Virus record (IMG/VR): IMGVR_UViG_3300028603_000001 | Span: 96,001 to 160,000 of that record | DNA: 64,000 nt | From: a virus | Taxonomy: Duplodnaviria; Caudoviricetes | Reading direction: 5' to 3' (one strand) | Shown here: positions 50,167 to 60,639 of the stretch, piece after piece | Layout of the letters: each line of letters starts with the position of its first letter | Numbering within the stretch: position 1 is the stretch's first letter | Program-made: the position numbers and the translations under genes | Notes under the pieces: model-generated | What the model was told of the DNA's origin: nothing | Seen by the model: only the letters and a program-made list of their open reading frames with translations | Databases searched by the model: none

Positions 50167-51192
50167 TTAAAAGTCACCATTAATAATTCTTTTATTTACA
50201 GACATTACCCACTCTTCAATTTTTTTAATATCTGGCTTTTTAGGTAACTTAGTTGTTTCTAATGCACGTTTACATTTTTCCTCAATTGAAGCTACTAAAT
50301 CGTAAAACTCTTGATTCATAGTTCCATCTTTATCCATATATTTACCATTTCTGATATCCATTAGTAATTCATGGTCTTTTTTTCTATAAGTAATAATTTT
50401 TCCTTTTTTAAGAATATCTAAACACATTAAATATAATCTGACTAAATGCATAGCATGTTTATTTAAATGTGCATCATCTTTTTTGCGGTTTCTATTTAAA
50501 AGCTCTTTATAGTTTCTAGTAGTGTTAGAAATAGTTGAATATAAATTTTCTAAATCATCTGCTGGAAAATCTTTTAAATCTAAATCATAAACAAGCTTAC
50601 CATCTTTAACGTGAGCAAATGCTGGGTTAACTTCATTATTATGTTGCGCATTAAAAGCACTAATAGCATTTTCTAATGAAATAGCAATGTGCCTATTCTT
50701 TTCTTCTTCTATGTAATTATCTCTTGCAAGTGCGTTTTGTAATCTTTTTAAATTAGCTCTCGCATAACCACCAAAAGTATAAAAACATTTTTGAGATAAG
50801 AATAAATCTTTGTGCTCTAATAATTCTTTTCCTAGTGGTGATAAATAAATATAATGCTCTGGTTTTAAGCCTAAGCATTCAATAATATTAGGGTTATTAT
50901 CGATTAGTAATTTTACAATTTTATTAAACGCATAAATAGTTGTATCTGTAGATTCATTTATAAATTGTTCGAATGTTTTAAACCCAATGATTTCTTCAGG
51001 TCGTTCAATTGCGATACCCCTAATATCTACATCAGAGGTTTCAATGTTTGTTCCATAAGCGTGACTACCACCGAAGCATAACATGATGATATTTTTACCA
51101 AGATGCTCATTCTTTGTTAGGAACTCATAATCTTTATTTTTTAATATTTCCTCATATGAATATTTTTTTAATAATTCTTTTTCAATCATCAT
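50167..51192 (-). CDS. Nucleotidyltransferase (Pol-beta superfamily, YcgL/NrdC.11-like)
   Basis: GGSHAYGTNIETSDVDIRG, NPNIIE and KHAMHLVRL. Confidence 0.85.
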   Translation of the reverse strand: MMIEKELLKKYSYEEILKNKDYEFLTKNEHLGKNIIMLCFGGSHAYGTNIETSDVDIRGIAIERPEEIIGFKTFEQFINESTDTTIYAFNKIVKLLIDNNPNIIECLGLKPEHYIYLSPLGKELLEHKDLFLSQKCFYTFGGYARANLKRLQNALARDNYIEEEKNRHIAISLENAISAFNAQHNNEVNPAFAHVKDGKLVYDLDLKDFPADDLENLYSTISNTTRNYKELLNRNRKKDDAHLNKHAMHLVRLYLMCLDILKKGKIITYRKKDHELLMDIRNGKYMDKDGTMNQEFYDLVASIEEKCKRALETTKLPKKPDIKKIEEWVMSVNKRIINGDF

Positions 51193-51278
51193 CTAAAACC
51201 TCTTTCTTTTTTTGTTTATTTTTGTGTTTTATTATATTGTTATTATAATATTGAACCATTTAAAAATCAACTCTTGAA

Positions 51279-51617
51279 CTATCTATGTGAATTAAAATAA
51301 TGAAATAGTGTATCTAAATTATAATTGTACATTTGAAATTTATCTTTAATTTTAGATAGTTTTCTTTTATCATAATCAGATAATATCTCAGCATCAATAA
51401 GATTACTCTTATATTGTAAAATTCTTATATCATGCACTAATTCATCACACTCTAATTTCCCATTAATTATTAGAAATTTATAATCAGAATTTAATAATCC
51501 AAATTTACTGAGGATATAAAATAATTTTATTGACTCATTTATGCCAAAGTTTTCAATTGAATAATATTTATTAAAAATCAAATAAAATAATGTAAAAAAG
51601 ATATTCAAAATTATCAC
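51279..51617 (-). CDS. Hypothetical protein
   Basis: ORF only. Confidence 0.4.
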   Translation of the reverse strand: MIILNIFFTLFYLIFNKYYSIENFGINESIKLFYILSKFGLLNSDYKFLIINGKLECDELVHDIRILQYKSNLIDAEILSDYDKRKLSKIKDKFQMYNYNLDTLFHYFNSHR

Positions 51618-51642
51618 TTCCCTTCATATAACATATATTTAT

Positions 51643-52005
51643 TTATTCTGATTCAGACTTTACCTGAGGGTTCTTAACCACAAACAACTCAAACGTATCA
51701 TCATTTACGGTGAAATGTCTGTTATAGTGCGATGAATTTTTTATTGTATCAGATGTTACACAGATATCTCTTTCTGGAACACAGACATATTCTTCAACAA
51801 AATCAGCACATACTGTGTAAAGCATTGCGAAATAAACTTTTTTGCTAGGAAGCATTTCTTTCACCGGGTAATCACCTGCAGGAATTTCTATATACCAATG
51901 ACCATATTCATCTTGCTGAGCTTGATTTAAAAATTCTAGTAACATTGATTTTGTAAGTATTTTTTTATTATGTAAAATATCATTTATATCTACCATCTTA
52001 ATCAT
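51643..52005 (-). CDS. Hypothetical protein
   Basis: Start overlaps the upstream stop. Confidence 0.55.
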   Translation of the reverse strand: MIKMVDINDILHNKKILTKSMLLEFLNQAQQDEYGHWYIEIPAGDYPVKEMLPSKKVYFAMLYTVCADFVEEYVCVPERDICVTSDTIKNSSHYNRHFTVNDDTFELFVVKNPQVKSESE

Positions 52006-52637
52006 TATTCTCCTTCATCTTCTCTATCACCCTTATCATCTACAGATTTTTCAATATACATATCTGCAATATTTCCTACTAATTCTAACTCACCAACAAC
52101 ATCTGCGATATCAGGAAGAAGAACGTTTTCATCACTCAATAACATATACTGACCTTCTTCAAAAACAACCCTATAATAATCATAACCATCAGTTAAAACA
52201 TCATTTTCATAGATGTCATTTTTATAGTAATCTTGAAGACCAATAAATTGACATAAACTTCCATCTAATATTTTTCCGTTATCAGTAGATAATTGGCAAC
52301 CCCCTATATAGGTTGTGTAATAATGTTTATTAAGTTTTTTATTATAGTTTTTATAAAAAGCTATTCCAGTTCCATAGACCCATTCTCTACTAACTTCATT
52401 TATTCCTTTAAATTTATAACGCTCGATTTTAGATTGTTCTGATTTAAATTCATTAACCTTACGCTCTATCATCTTTCTCTTCTTGGCGCATTTTATTCTA
52501 TTACTGCTTGATTTGTAGACCATAAAAAATAAAGATATCGCAAACAAACCACCAAGAACAATAAAAACTGCTTTTAATATGTCATTATCTCTTTCAAATA
52601 ATATTGTTTCTAATAAAAGTATTCTAACAGTATTCAT
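52005..52637 (-). CDS. YopX-family protein with N-terminal TM segment
   Basis: KFKG...WVYG...QFIGLQD....IYENDV...ELVGNI. Confidence 0.75.
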   Translation of the reverse strand: MNTVRILLLETILFERDNDILKAVFIVLGGLFAISLFFMVYKSSSNRIKCAKKRKMIERKVNEFKSEQSKIERYKFKGINEVSREWVYGTGIAFYKNYNKKLNKHYYTTYIGGCQLSTDNGKILDGSLCQFIGLQDYYKNDIYENDVLTDGYDYYRVVFEEGQYMLLSDENVLLPDIADVVGELELVGNIADMYIEKSVDDKGDREDEGE

Positions 52638-52680
52638 ATATCCTAAATTACCTAATCCTTTCTATAAATTATTGTCTAAA

Positions 52681-52890
52681 CTACTCAGAAATATTTAATG
52701 TATAAACATCACCAATATCTTCAACGCTATAATCATCAACGATAAAATCACCATAATCGCTAAGATATTCTTTTTGTTCTTCTTCGCTTAATTGCTTAAA
52801 TTCTTTTAATTCTTCTTCATTTAAATCTAATTCATAATGACCTGATCTTAAATACCCTGATACATAATCAACATATCCTGTTACTTTCAT
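52681..52890 (-). CDS. Hypothetical protein
   Basis: SD AGGAG. Confidence 0.55.
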   Translation of the reverse strand: MKVTGYVDYVSGYLRSGHYELDLNEEELKEFKQLSEEEQKEYLSDYGDFIVDDYSVEDIGDVYTLNISE

Positions 52891-52980
52891 ATTTTAATAT
52901 TTTCTCCTTTCTTTATCTATTTTTGTTTGTACGAATTTTCTAAACCAATAACCTCTTCCATAATGACTTTCACCTACTCA

Positions 52981-53421
52981 TCATTTGAAAATAAAATCAA
53001 CGTCAACGTCAACATTGTTTTCTGTGCTACTTTTTCTTCTTCGTTCTAACTCTATTTCTCTCATTAGAGCTTCCATTTCCATCCAGTTCAAATCAACTTT
53101 ATTTAAATCAGCAATAGCTTTTAGTTCTTCTACTGTAAAAACGCTATAATTAAAATCAATGTTTAAATCATTATAATCTGTAACTTTTACATCTTCATAT
53201 AAAATAGGTTTAAAATCATCATTATATTTCTTATTTATATTATCACATATTCTTTGAATTCTTTTTTTCTGTTTATAAGCGATAAGCTTAAACTCTTTTG
53301 ATTCATTTTTTAGCATATACGAACGAAATATTTTATGTTTGCCTAATTTTTTTGAATAGTACAAAGCTCTTGCTTCTTTTTTATATCTTTGTCTTTCACT
53401 ATAAGCTATGTATAACTTCAT
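52981..53421 (-). CDS. Hypothetical protein
   Basis: SD GGAGGT. Confidence 0.55.
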   Translation of the reverse strand: MKLYIAYSERQRYKKEARALYYSKKLGKHKIFRSYMLKNESKEFKLIAYKQKKRIQRICDNINKKYNDDFKPILYEDVKVTDYNDLNIDFNYSVFTVEELKAIADLNKVDLNWMEMEALMREIELERRRKSSTENNVDVDVDFIFK

Positions 53422-53537
53422 ATTTTACATACCTCCTTTTTTTATTTATTTATTATATAATATTAAAATATACAATATTTTTAATCTTTATTATAAGTTA
53501 AATTTTTTTAATTAAAAAAAGATGCTTAGCAACAAAC

Positions 53538-53882
53538 TTAAGCATCTTCTTCTATTTTTTTGTCTAGAATATTCAAATATCTATCATAGTTACTTTGTGT
53601 GTTGTTAACCTTCTTCTCAACAGAATTTATCTTTTCCTTAACTTCTTTAAGATGCTCACGCGCTTCTTGTTCCATTAAAGCTTTTATAATATCTTGTCGA
53701 CTAGGTTTTTTTATAATAACAATAGTCCAAAGCACCCCTTTAGCTAAACATACACTTAATAGCAATTGAACTAACTTCCAGCGTTCTAAGCAAACTCCTA
53801 TTATTAATGATATAATTAATAAGACGGTTAAAACAGTAACAACTAAGAAATAGGTATAATATAGCAATAATTTCTTCATCAA
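53538..53882 (-). CDS. 2-TM membrane protein with coiled-coil tail
   Basis: Hydrophobicity pattern. Confidence 0.5.
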   Translation of the reverse strand: MMKKLLLYYTYFLVVTVLTVLLIISLIIGVCLERWKLVQLLLSVCLAKGVLWTIVIIKKPSRQDIIKALMEQEAREHLKEVKEKINSVEKKVNNTQSNYDRYLNILDKKIEEDA

Positions 53883-54008
53883 TTCTCCTTTTTGGTGCTA
53901 TTTTAAAATACAATTATTCTTCTTATGCCTATGTCCTTTCATAAAAAATACTACCATCTTTATAATACAAATAATCATATTCCGACATATAATATAGCAG
54001 ATGTTAGC

Positions 54009-54764
54009 TTAATGTATTTCTTGGTTTTCTTCATTAATATTTTCATCTTCTATTTGTTCAATAGGTTCGTTGATATAAAAAAATTTCTTCCATTTTTTAA
54101 TATTTATTGATAATCTAAACATATTATTCGCATAACGTATATATAGAGATGCTTTTTTCAATTTATTCAAACATATACTTCCTACAAAATTAAAAGTCAA
54201 GTCTTTAGGATTAACATATATCAAGCCTTCTCTTAAACTGTTAAAATCTTTATAAGCAACGTGAGCTTTGAAAATCAATGAATCAGCATTATTAACAATA
54301 TTTAAAAGTTCATCAATAGTATTAAGTAGCTGTTTATATTGACTTTGATTAAAAATATCACACGCCAATTTCTCAGCTAACAATAGATTTAATACCTCAT
54401 TTCTAGAGCGACCTTTTATATCATCGACTCCTAGAACAACATTTCTAGTAACAGTGTTTAATCTTCTTATCTGCTCTTTTTCCTCATTACGCTTTAACTG
54501 TGCTAACCTAGCTTCAGCTTGCTCTTTAGTAAAGTAGAAATTATATGTGCTCCAACGATATGAGTTTTTATACTGATATGTATCTAAAGTTAGGTATTCA
54601 CCAAAAATAGAGTCTCCCTCATTAATAGCTACCTTATAACGCATAAAAGGTTTTCCAAAATGTGGATCTTCTTCAGCAAGTATTATTTTTCCTTCAGCTA
54701 TCTTCTTATAATACTTATTAACAATATATAAAGTTTTCCCTAAATTTTTTTCTGATGTTTTCAT
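54009..54764 (-). CDS. Hypothetical protein
   Basis: 251-aa ORF. Confidence 0.6.
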   Translation of the reverse strand: MKTSEKNLGKTLYIVNKYYKKIAEGKIILAEEDPHFGKPFMRYKVAINEGDSIFGEYLTLDTYQYKNSYRWSTYNFYFTKEQAEARLAQLKRNEEKEQIRRLNTVTRNVVLGVDDIKGRSRNEVLNLLLAEKLACDIFNQSQYKQLLNTIDELLNIVNNADSLIFKAHVAYKDFNSLREGLIYVNPKDLTFNFVGSICLNKLKKASLYIRYANNMFRLSINIKKWKKFFYINEPIEQIEDENINEENQEIH

Positions 54765-55000
54765 ATTTTATTAATCCTTATTTTTCTATATTCTCTTCTT
54801 CTAATAATTATTTCTTCTTATTGAGCATAAACTCATTGAAGTTCTGAAGTATTATTATTTCATTAGTTGCAACCTTAATCACAACATTGTTATTCTTATC
54901 AATAATAATACTTCAACCAAACCACCCCTTTTAAAATCAAAATTAGCTAGCTAATTATAATCAAAATTAACTAGCTATTTATCTCTTTTTTAGATTTTTT

Positions 55001-55294
55001 TTATTCTACAATTTCAATATTATAAAATAAAATATTTTCTTTTATAAATTCATCTAATGTTCCATTATAATCAAAATCATTATCTTCTTCAACAATATAT
55101 ATACTAATATTACCTTTTTTATAACTAATATAAGCATCATATGCTAAAGCAAAATTATCATAACTTAATTTAATAACTTTAGATTGATCATTTTTAATGT
55201 AATCTAATGCATTTTTTAGTTGATCATAATTATACTTAATATCATTTTCCATACTTTCATCATAATTCTTTTTTAATAATTCAAAACTAATCAT
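55001..55294 (-). CDS. Hypothetical protein
   Basis: SD AGGAG; sigmaA-like promoter upstream. Confidence 0.55.
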   Translation of the reverse strand: MISFELLKKNYDESMENDIKYNYDQLKNALDYIKNDQSKVIKLSYDNFALAYDAYISYKKGNISIYIVEEDNDFDYNGTLDEFIKENILFYNIEIVE

Positions 55295-55331
55295 TTTTAT
55301 ATCTCCTTATTCTGTTTTTCTTTACATTTAT

Positions 55332-55360
55332 ATTATATAATAAATTAAGAAATAAATCAA
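55332..55360 (-). promoter_or_regulatory. SigmaA-type early promoter TTGATT-N17-TATAAT; representative of 10 copies
   Basis: -35 at 55355-55360, -10 at 55332-55337, 17-nt spacer. Confidence 0.75.
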
Positions 55361-55528
55361 CTAAGCATACATATCAAATTCATCATCTTTTTTATCTTCA
55401 ATCAATTCTTCTAAAACGTTAATAACGAATTTTAACTCTTCAATTGAGAATGTATTAAAATTCAATTTAATAATTCTTTTATTTTCATCATCAATCTCTT
55501 TTTGCAAATCTTTATATAAATAACTCAT
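55361..55528 (-). CDS. Small hypothetical protein (55 aa)
   Basis: SD GAGGT; MSYLYKDLQKEIDD...; not in the ORF track. Confidence 0.5.
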   Translation of the reverse strand: MSYLYKDLQKEIDDENKRIIKLNFNTFSIEELKFVINVLEELIEDKKDDEFDMYA

Positions 55529-55613
55529 TTTTTAATTACCTCAGTTTCAATGATTTTAATAAATATACAATAAAAAACGCACCAACTATTTTCTTATGAT
55601 GCGTTTTCAAATA

Positions 55614-56222
55614 TTATTTAATTTCAGTATTTATTTGTTCTAGTATTGGAAGAACACTTTTACAAGTATGGCACGCACCACAAGGCTTTCCATCAGCATC
55701 AGGAATACGACAAAACCAACACATATCTAAAAGGTCTTTAGGCATTTCTTTCATCAATGTTTTCTTCTTGGTGTTTGATATCATATCTATAACGCTTAAT
55801 GTTCTACCACAAACAATTTTTCTTACCGCTTCTGCGTTTTTAGATCTTCTCCGCATTTCTATAATTCCCATTCTCTCATATTCATCTCTAGGTGTACTAT
55901 AAACTATATGTGATATGTTGTAGGTTAAAGCGATCACACCAGAGATATATCCTTTGTGAAGAATGCTATCCAAAGGCATTTTAAACTCTTTAGGCTGTTC
56001 AAATTTTGTTTCAACATATTTAAAATCATCTAATCCATGCTCTTTTAACCAATCAAGAATTTTATGGCATGCCTCTAACTCTTTCTCCCATCTTCCAGTA
56101 TTGTTAACTAATATATTATGATGAACGATAACTGTTTCATCTGATTTTTTATAATCTTTCATATATTTATAAAGGCAGTATGTGCTATCGATACCGCCTG
56201 AAAAATTAATCAATGTAATCAT
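55614..56222 (-). CDS. queC: QueC-like PP-loop ATPase (7-cyano-7-deazaguanine synthase family)
   Basis: FSGGIDST and C-terminal Zn site WFC...PCGACHTC. Confidence 0.7.
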   Translation of the reverse strand: MITLINFSGGIDSTYCLYKYMKDYKKSDETVIVHHNILVNNTGRWEKELEACHKILDWLKEHGLDDFKYVETKFEQPKEFKMPLDSILHKGYISGVIALTYNISHIVYSTPRDEYERMGIIEMRRRSKNAEAVRKIVCGRTLSVIDMISNTKKKTLMKEMPKDLLDMCWFCRIPDADGKPCGACHTCKSVLPILEQINTEIK

Positions 56223-56258
56223 TATTTATAATCTCCTTTAGTTCGTTTACTGATGTAT

Positions 56259-57170
56259 TTATTTATTATATGGACGAACTAAAACTCTATAGTGTCTTAC
56301 CTGACCATGTTTTACATTAACAATTCTATCTGTATTATAACCACCAGCTACAATCGTTTCTACTTTAGCTTGTCCGTCTTCGCCAGTTACTATTCCATTT
56401 AATGTTCCATCCATGCCTACTCTTAAGTCTGAAACATCAGTTATGTTTCCAATAATTTCAGTAACTTTTTCAACTAACTCATGATATCTATCTTGCATAT
56501 AACTATCAACATATTTTATAAATTCTTTTTCATCTCTTCTAAATTTTAAATCAATAGCAGTTCCAACCCAACCAGTTTTATAAATATCTTTCTGTGTCTG
56601 AATAAGCTCTTTATACGTTGTAGTCCATTCTTCTCTAGACATTGTTTGAAGTAATGTCCACTTATTGCTGTTCCAACTACTAATGTCACCACCGACTTTG
56701 TAGTATTCATCAACCAAAGGTCTAACTAATTCTAATACTTCATCTTTCCAATTATCAAAAAAATCTTTAAATATTTTAATAACAGGTCTGCTTTCTTTTT
56801 CATCTAGTAATGCAAGAGCATTTAAATACTTTTTCTTTGTAAGATTACTGTCTTCTAAATCTCTTTTAGCATATTTTATTTCGTTATCACATTCATCTAA
56901 AAAAGATTTATAACTATATTCTATGAAATCTTTACATTCTTGCAGAGTATCTCTTCCACCAAAATCTATATATCTACATCTAATTAAATCTTCTAATGTT
57001 TTTACTTCTTTTGGATTATCTATACAAGATCTATACCAACTGATACTCTCTTTAATAAAGCTTTCAACATTCTTTTTGTTTTCCCATTTACTTATTCTCT
57101 TATTAATTTTTTCAATTCTTGTTTCTAGCTTTGCTAATCTATCTAACAAAGTTTCTTTTGACATTGCCAT
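56259..57170 (-). CDS. Conserved phage hypothetical protein
   Basis: C-terminal LNGIVTG..G.AKVETIVAGGYN...HYRVLV. Confidence 0.6.
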   Translation of the reverse strand: MAMSKETLLDRLAKLETRIEKINKRISKWENKKNVESFIKESISWYRSCIDNPKEVKTLEDLIRCRYIDFGGRDTLQECKDFIEYSYKSFLDECDNEIKYAKRDLEDSNLTKKKYLNALALLDEKESRPVIKIFKDFFDNWKDEVLELVRPLVDEYYKVGGDISSWNSNKWTLLQTMSREEWTTTYKELIQTQKDIYKTGWVGTAIDLKFRRDEKEFIKYVDSYMQDRYHELVEKVTEIIGNITDVSDLRVGMDGTLNGIVTGEDGQAKVETIVAGGYNTDRIVNVKHGQVRHYRVLVRPYNK

Positions 57171-57232
57171 AATCTGCTATCTCTCTTTCCTTGTTACTTT
57201 TTATATCTATATTATATAATAAACCAGTAAGA

Positions 57233-57721
57233 TTAATCAACTTTCGTATATTTTCTCTTTCCTTTTATAATCAAGTTTCCTAAATTAGTCGCAGACCTCT
57301 CAAACCATATTTCATCATATGGTGGTGTTATTTTCTTAGAGAGTTTTTGATACCAATATCTCGTCGCACTAGGAATAGCGACTAGGAATGGGAATAAAGG
57401 ACCTAAAATTACTTGATGTATATGACCATACTCATGCATAGCGGTATGTTCACTGCTTTTTTTGCTTTGTAAAAACATTAGTCCTAAAGTTAATCCACCC
57501 CAACTATTTCCAATAATAAATCTATATGTATTATGATATTTTTCAGGTCTTTTTCCACCAATAAGTAAAACTAATGTAACTAATAGACCTAATATAGTCA
57601 TCGGAAGTGCCCAGGTAAACATTAATAACCAAAACAATACTTTATGTTTGCTTAAATACAGACCAGTCTTTTCGCATAGATTATACATAAATAATCCATA
57701 TCCTTTTAACGGTTTTAGCAT
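57233..57721 (-). CDS. Membrane zincin-like protein (HExxH)
   Basis: TWALPMTILG, HEYGHIHQ and WFERSA. Confidence 0.65.
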   Translation of the reverse strand: MLKPLKGYGLFMYNLCEKTGLYLSKHKVLFWLLMFTWALPMTILGLLVTLVLLIGGKRPEKYHNTYRFIIGNSWGGLTLGLMFLQSKKSSEHTAMHEYGHIHQVILGPLFPFLVAIPSATRYWYQKLSKKITPPYDEIWFERSATNLGNLIIKGKRKYTKVD

Positions 57722-57805
57722 AGTTTAGAATTCTCCTTTTTATTGCAATATTTTTTTTCACATATCTAATTAATTTAGCACGAGTATCAAAAAAAAGAAG
57801 AAATA

Positions 57806-58000
57806 TTATTTACTTCTAATCATCTGTAGATAACAATTTCTTAATTCATTAATAATTCGTTTCTTTTCTAATAGCGCCATAATAATATCAACACCAACTT
57901 CATTCTCTAATTTGTCATCAATGCGGTCAATATAATCAACGAAGAATTTTTCAACTTCATCTATATTAGCTGCTTTGCATATTTTTATATCTAATGCCAT
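57806..58000 (-). CDS. Hypothetical protein
   Basis: ORF with SD. Confidence 0.45.
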   Translation of the reverse strand: MALDIKICKAANIDEVEKFFVDYIDRIDDKLENEVGVDIIMALLEKKRIINELRNCYLQMIRSK

Positions 58001-58158
58001 TTTTTATTTCTCCTTCTAGTCCAATGCTTGATTTTTTGCAATCTGATCCAACATTTGAATCTGATTTTTTTCAATAAATATCTAATACCTTTTTTTCTAT
58101 GTTTTGTAGTACTTGTAGAATGTTCATTCTTTTCTCCTGGGTATAAAGGTCTTGCCAT
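57991..58158 (-). CDS. Small basic hypothetical protein
   Basis: SD AGGAG before MARP. Confidence 0.45.
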   Translation of the reverse strand: MARPLYPGEKNEHSTSTTKHRKKGIRYLLKKIRFKCWIRLQKIKHWTRRRNKKWH

Positions 58159-58513
58159 AAGATTGAATTCTCCTTTCATTTATATTAGCTATTTTATTTT
58201 ATACGTGCATTATAATAATACATTTTTATTATATTCTTTATTTTTACCTAGTAAATTTAAGCTCTCTTGCATTTGTATATCGGTCTTAATAAAATCTATG
58301 TTAAATTAAATTAAAATTGATTCTGCGTTAATCTCTAAAGGATTTATTTTTACACTTGCTCAATTCTTAAAATTTCAATATTCCAACAAAATATCCTGCC
58401 AAGTTATCTGGAACATTATCTGGCGTTAATTTATTATATAAAATAAATACAGCCACAAGCGTGATAATAAAGGCAACGCCTAAAGTAATATAATACATAA
58501 ATTTTCTCCTCTC

Positions 58514-58798
58514 TTATTCATATTTATGTTTTAAAAAAGCTTCTATTTGTCTTACTTCAGTATTCCAATATTTAATTACTTCAGCTTTCGCTTCCTCATG
58601 GCTTTTTATATATATAGTACTGCAACTTTGAGGTGTTGGATACCCACATACTGAGCACTTGATGATATATTCATAACAACCAGGATAGCCATGACCATTT
58701 CCTCTATCCATCGATTCTTTCTCGATGTGTGGAATATTGCCACAGATTGGGCAAGCTTTAATTGCTTCATATTTTACTTTTGCTTTAATATTTTCCAT
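58514..58798 (-). CDS. Lar-like (restriction alleviation) zinc-finger protein
   Basis: KACPICG...C..CG...A...WN. Confidence 0.6.
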   Translation of the reverse strand: MENIKAKVKYEAIKACPICGNIPHIEKESMDRGNGHGYPGCYEYIIKCSVCGYPTPQSCSTIYIKSHEEAKAEVIKYWNTEVRQIEAFLKHKYE

Positions 58799-58885
58799 TT
58801 TATTCTCCTTTTCTTATGTCTAATTTTATCTACACCTTAATTATATAATAAAAAGAGTTGAAAAATCAACTCTTAGCTTTTTATC

Positions 58886-59185
58886 TTACTCATAACTATA
58901 AATTTCTTTTAACATATCACAATCAAAAATAAATTCAACGAAATCTTCAGAATCTGAGAATTCAGCAATTAAGCTCCTCTTTGCAATGTTAGGAATTGCT
59001 TCCCCAGTTTCTTCTAGGTAATACTCTGCCATATCAACATAACTATCATGTTCCAAAACTCCAAAACCTAATAAATGCATATAAGTCATTCTCAATACTT
59101 GCAACTCAGTCACATTTTTAACAACATATCTTATTGGTGAACGTTCTCCGCTGTACTTAATTGAAATTAAATAATTTGATGTCAT
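58886..59185 (-). CDS. Hypothetical protein
   Basis: SD AGGAGG. Confidence 0.55.
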   Translation of the reverse strand: MTSNYLISIKYSGERSPIRYVVKNVTELQVLRMTYMHLLGFGVLEHDSYVDMAEYYLEETGEAIPNIAKRSLIAEFSDSEDFVEFIFDCDMLKEIYSYE

Positions 59186-59297
59186 AAATAATTTCCTCCT
59201 TATTTATTTACATATATTTTAGCTTAGTTACTGTATCAATTACCTTTTTTTAAATTATTTGATATTATAGTTTATTATTATTTTAACTTTATCGCAA

Positions 59298-59711
59298 TTA
59301 AAAACCCCAATCAATATTAGAAACTGATATTGATTTTTTATTCTTCTTTATCTCAAAGTTAAAGTCATAAACACAGTAATCATAAATTTCAGCTAAGTAA
59401 TCAACAATGAAACTCTCTGCCCCAACATCATCAACAACATCAAAATCTTCTATCTTAATTATTACCTCTGATGGAAGATTTAAATCGTTTTGGTCAATAA
59501 GGTCAAATTGTTTAAGTGCATATATAAGATTTTCTCTACATATTAATTCAGCAAAACCGCGATAAAATGCATACTTCCAGTCAGCAATATCATCATAATG
59601 CTTTTCAATTACCTTATCTAATAATATTAGTTCTTTTTTGTTTAATTCATAATCATTAAACAGTAAAGCCTGATTAATATTTTTTACAATAACTTCTTTC
59701 ATAGTTTCCAT
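59298..59711 (-). CDS. Hypothetical protein
   Basis: SD plus sigmaA-like promoter. Confidence 0.55.
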   Translation of the reverse strand: METMKEVIVKNINQALLFNDYELNKKELILLDKVIEKHYDDIADWKYAFYRGFAELICRENLIYALKQFDLIDQNDLNLPSEVIIKIEDFDVVDDVGAESFIVDYLAEIYDYCVYDFNFEIKKNKKSISVSNIDWGF

Positions 59712-59770
59712 AAATAATTATCTCCTTTATTTTATATATATATTATATACTAATATGGGAATAAAATCAA

Positions 59771-60541
59771 CTATGGTAAATTAAAATTAACTGCTTCTTT
59801 AAAACTCATAAAGAAGTGTATACCCTCAGCACACTCTATCCATCTATTTTCATTAAAATCAGAAACTTCAACCGTTTTATCAATTTCATAAGCAAAATTA
59901 TAATCAAATAAACTGCGAGCGAGTTTTATATCATCTAATTTATTACCCGCTAAATCGTAGAAACCAACAACTAGTGCTTTATCACAGCGACATTTTCGTG
60001 TAGTTGCGCTACTTCTTTTTGCATCTTTTGGAATAAGTAATTCGACAATAACAAATTCTTGTTTCTCTGCTACAACAGCTATACACTTTTTAAATCCTGT
60101 AAATGCTCCTATTTCCGGACATTGTAAATGATAAAAGGCTGTAGATTCATTTGCACTAACTCTACTTAAATCAGCCCTGTTTAAATTAGCCCTGTTTAAA
60201 TTAGCATAACGCAAATTAGCACCACTTAAATCAGCTCCGCGCAAATTAGCATTACTTAAATCAGCTCCACGGAAATCAACCATAAATAAAATAGAATCAC
60301 GTAAATCAGCGCCTCGTAAAATAGCATTAATTAAATTAACATTATTTAAATCAGCACCTCGTAAAATAGCATTACTTAAATTAGCACCGCTTAAATCAGC
60401 ACCGCTTAAATTAGTCCCAATTAAATAAGCCTTGCGTAAATTAGTATTACTTAAATCAGCACGTTCACCGCCTCTTCTGTTCAGCCAATCTGCGTGTTTT
60501 TCTAAAATTTCTTCTAATTCTTTTTCAGTTATTTCTCTCAT
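59771..60541 (-). CDS. Pentapeptide-repeat protein with DUF5758-like C-terminus
   Basis: A[DN]L.. repeats; KRSSATTRKCRC and ECAEGIHFF. Confidence 0.85.
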   Translation of the reverse strand: MREITEKELEEILEKHADWLNRRGGERADLSNTNLRKAYLIGTNLSGADLSGANLSNAILRGADLNNVNLINAILRGADLRDSILFMVDFRGADLSNANLRGADLSGANLRYANLNRANLNRADLSRVSANESTAFYHLQCPEIGAFTGFKKCIAVVAEKQEFVIVELLIPKDAKRSSATTRKCRCDKALVVGFYDLAGNKLDDIKLARSLFDYNFAYEIDKTVEVSDFNENRWIECAEGIHFFMSFKEAVNFNLP

Positions 60542-60639
60542 TTTTATATTTTCCTTTCATGACATATTTATATATACATATTATATAATAAAACAAGCTA
60601 TAAATCAACTTTATAGCTTATTTGTTTTATTTTATTTTT

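Noticed and set aside
54935-54977. 19-bp direct repeat AATCAAAATTA[G/A]CTAGCTA
   Set aside because: Explained by a terminator-like hairpin with a local duplication; only two copies.
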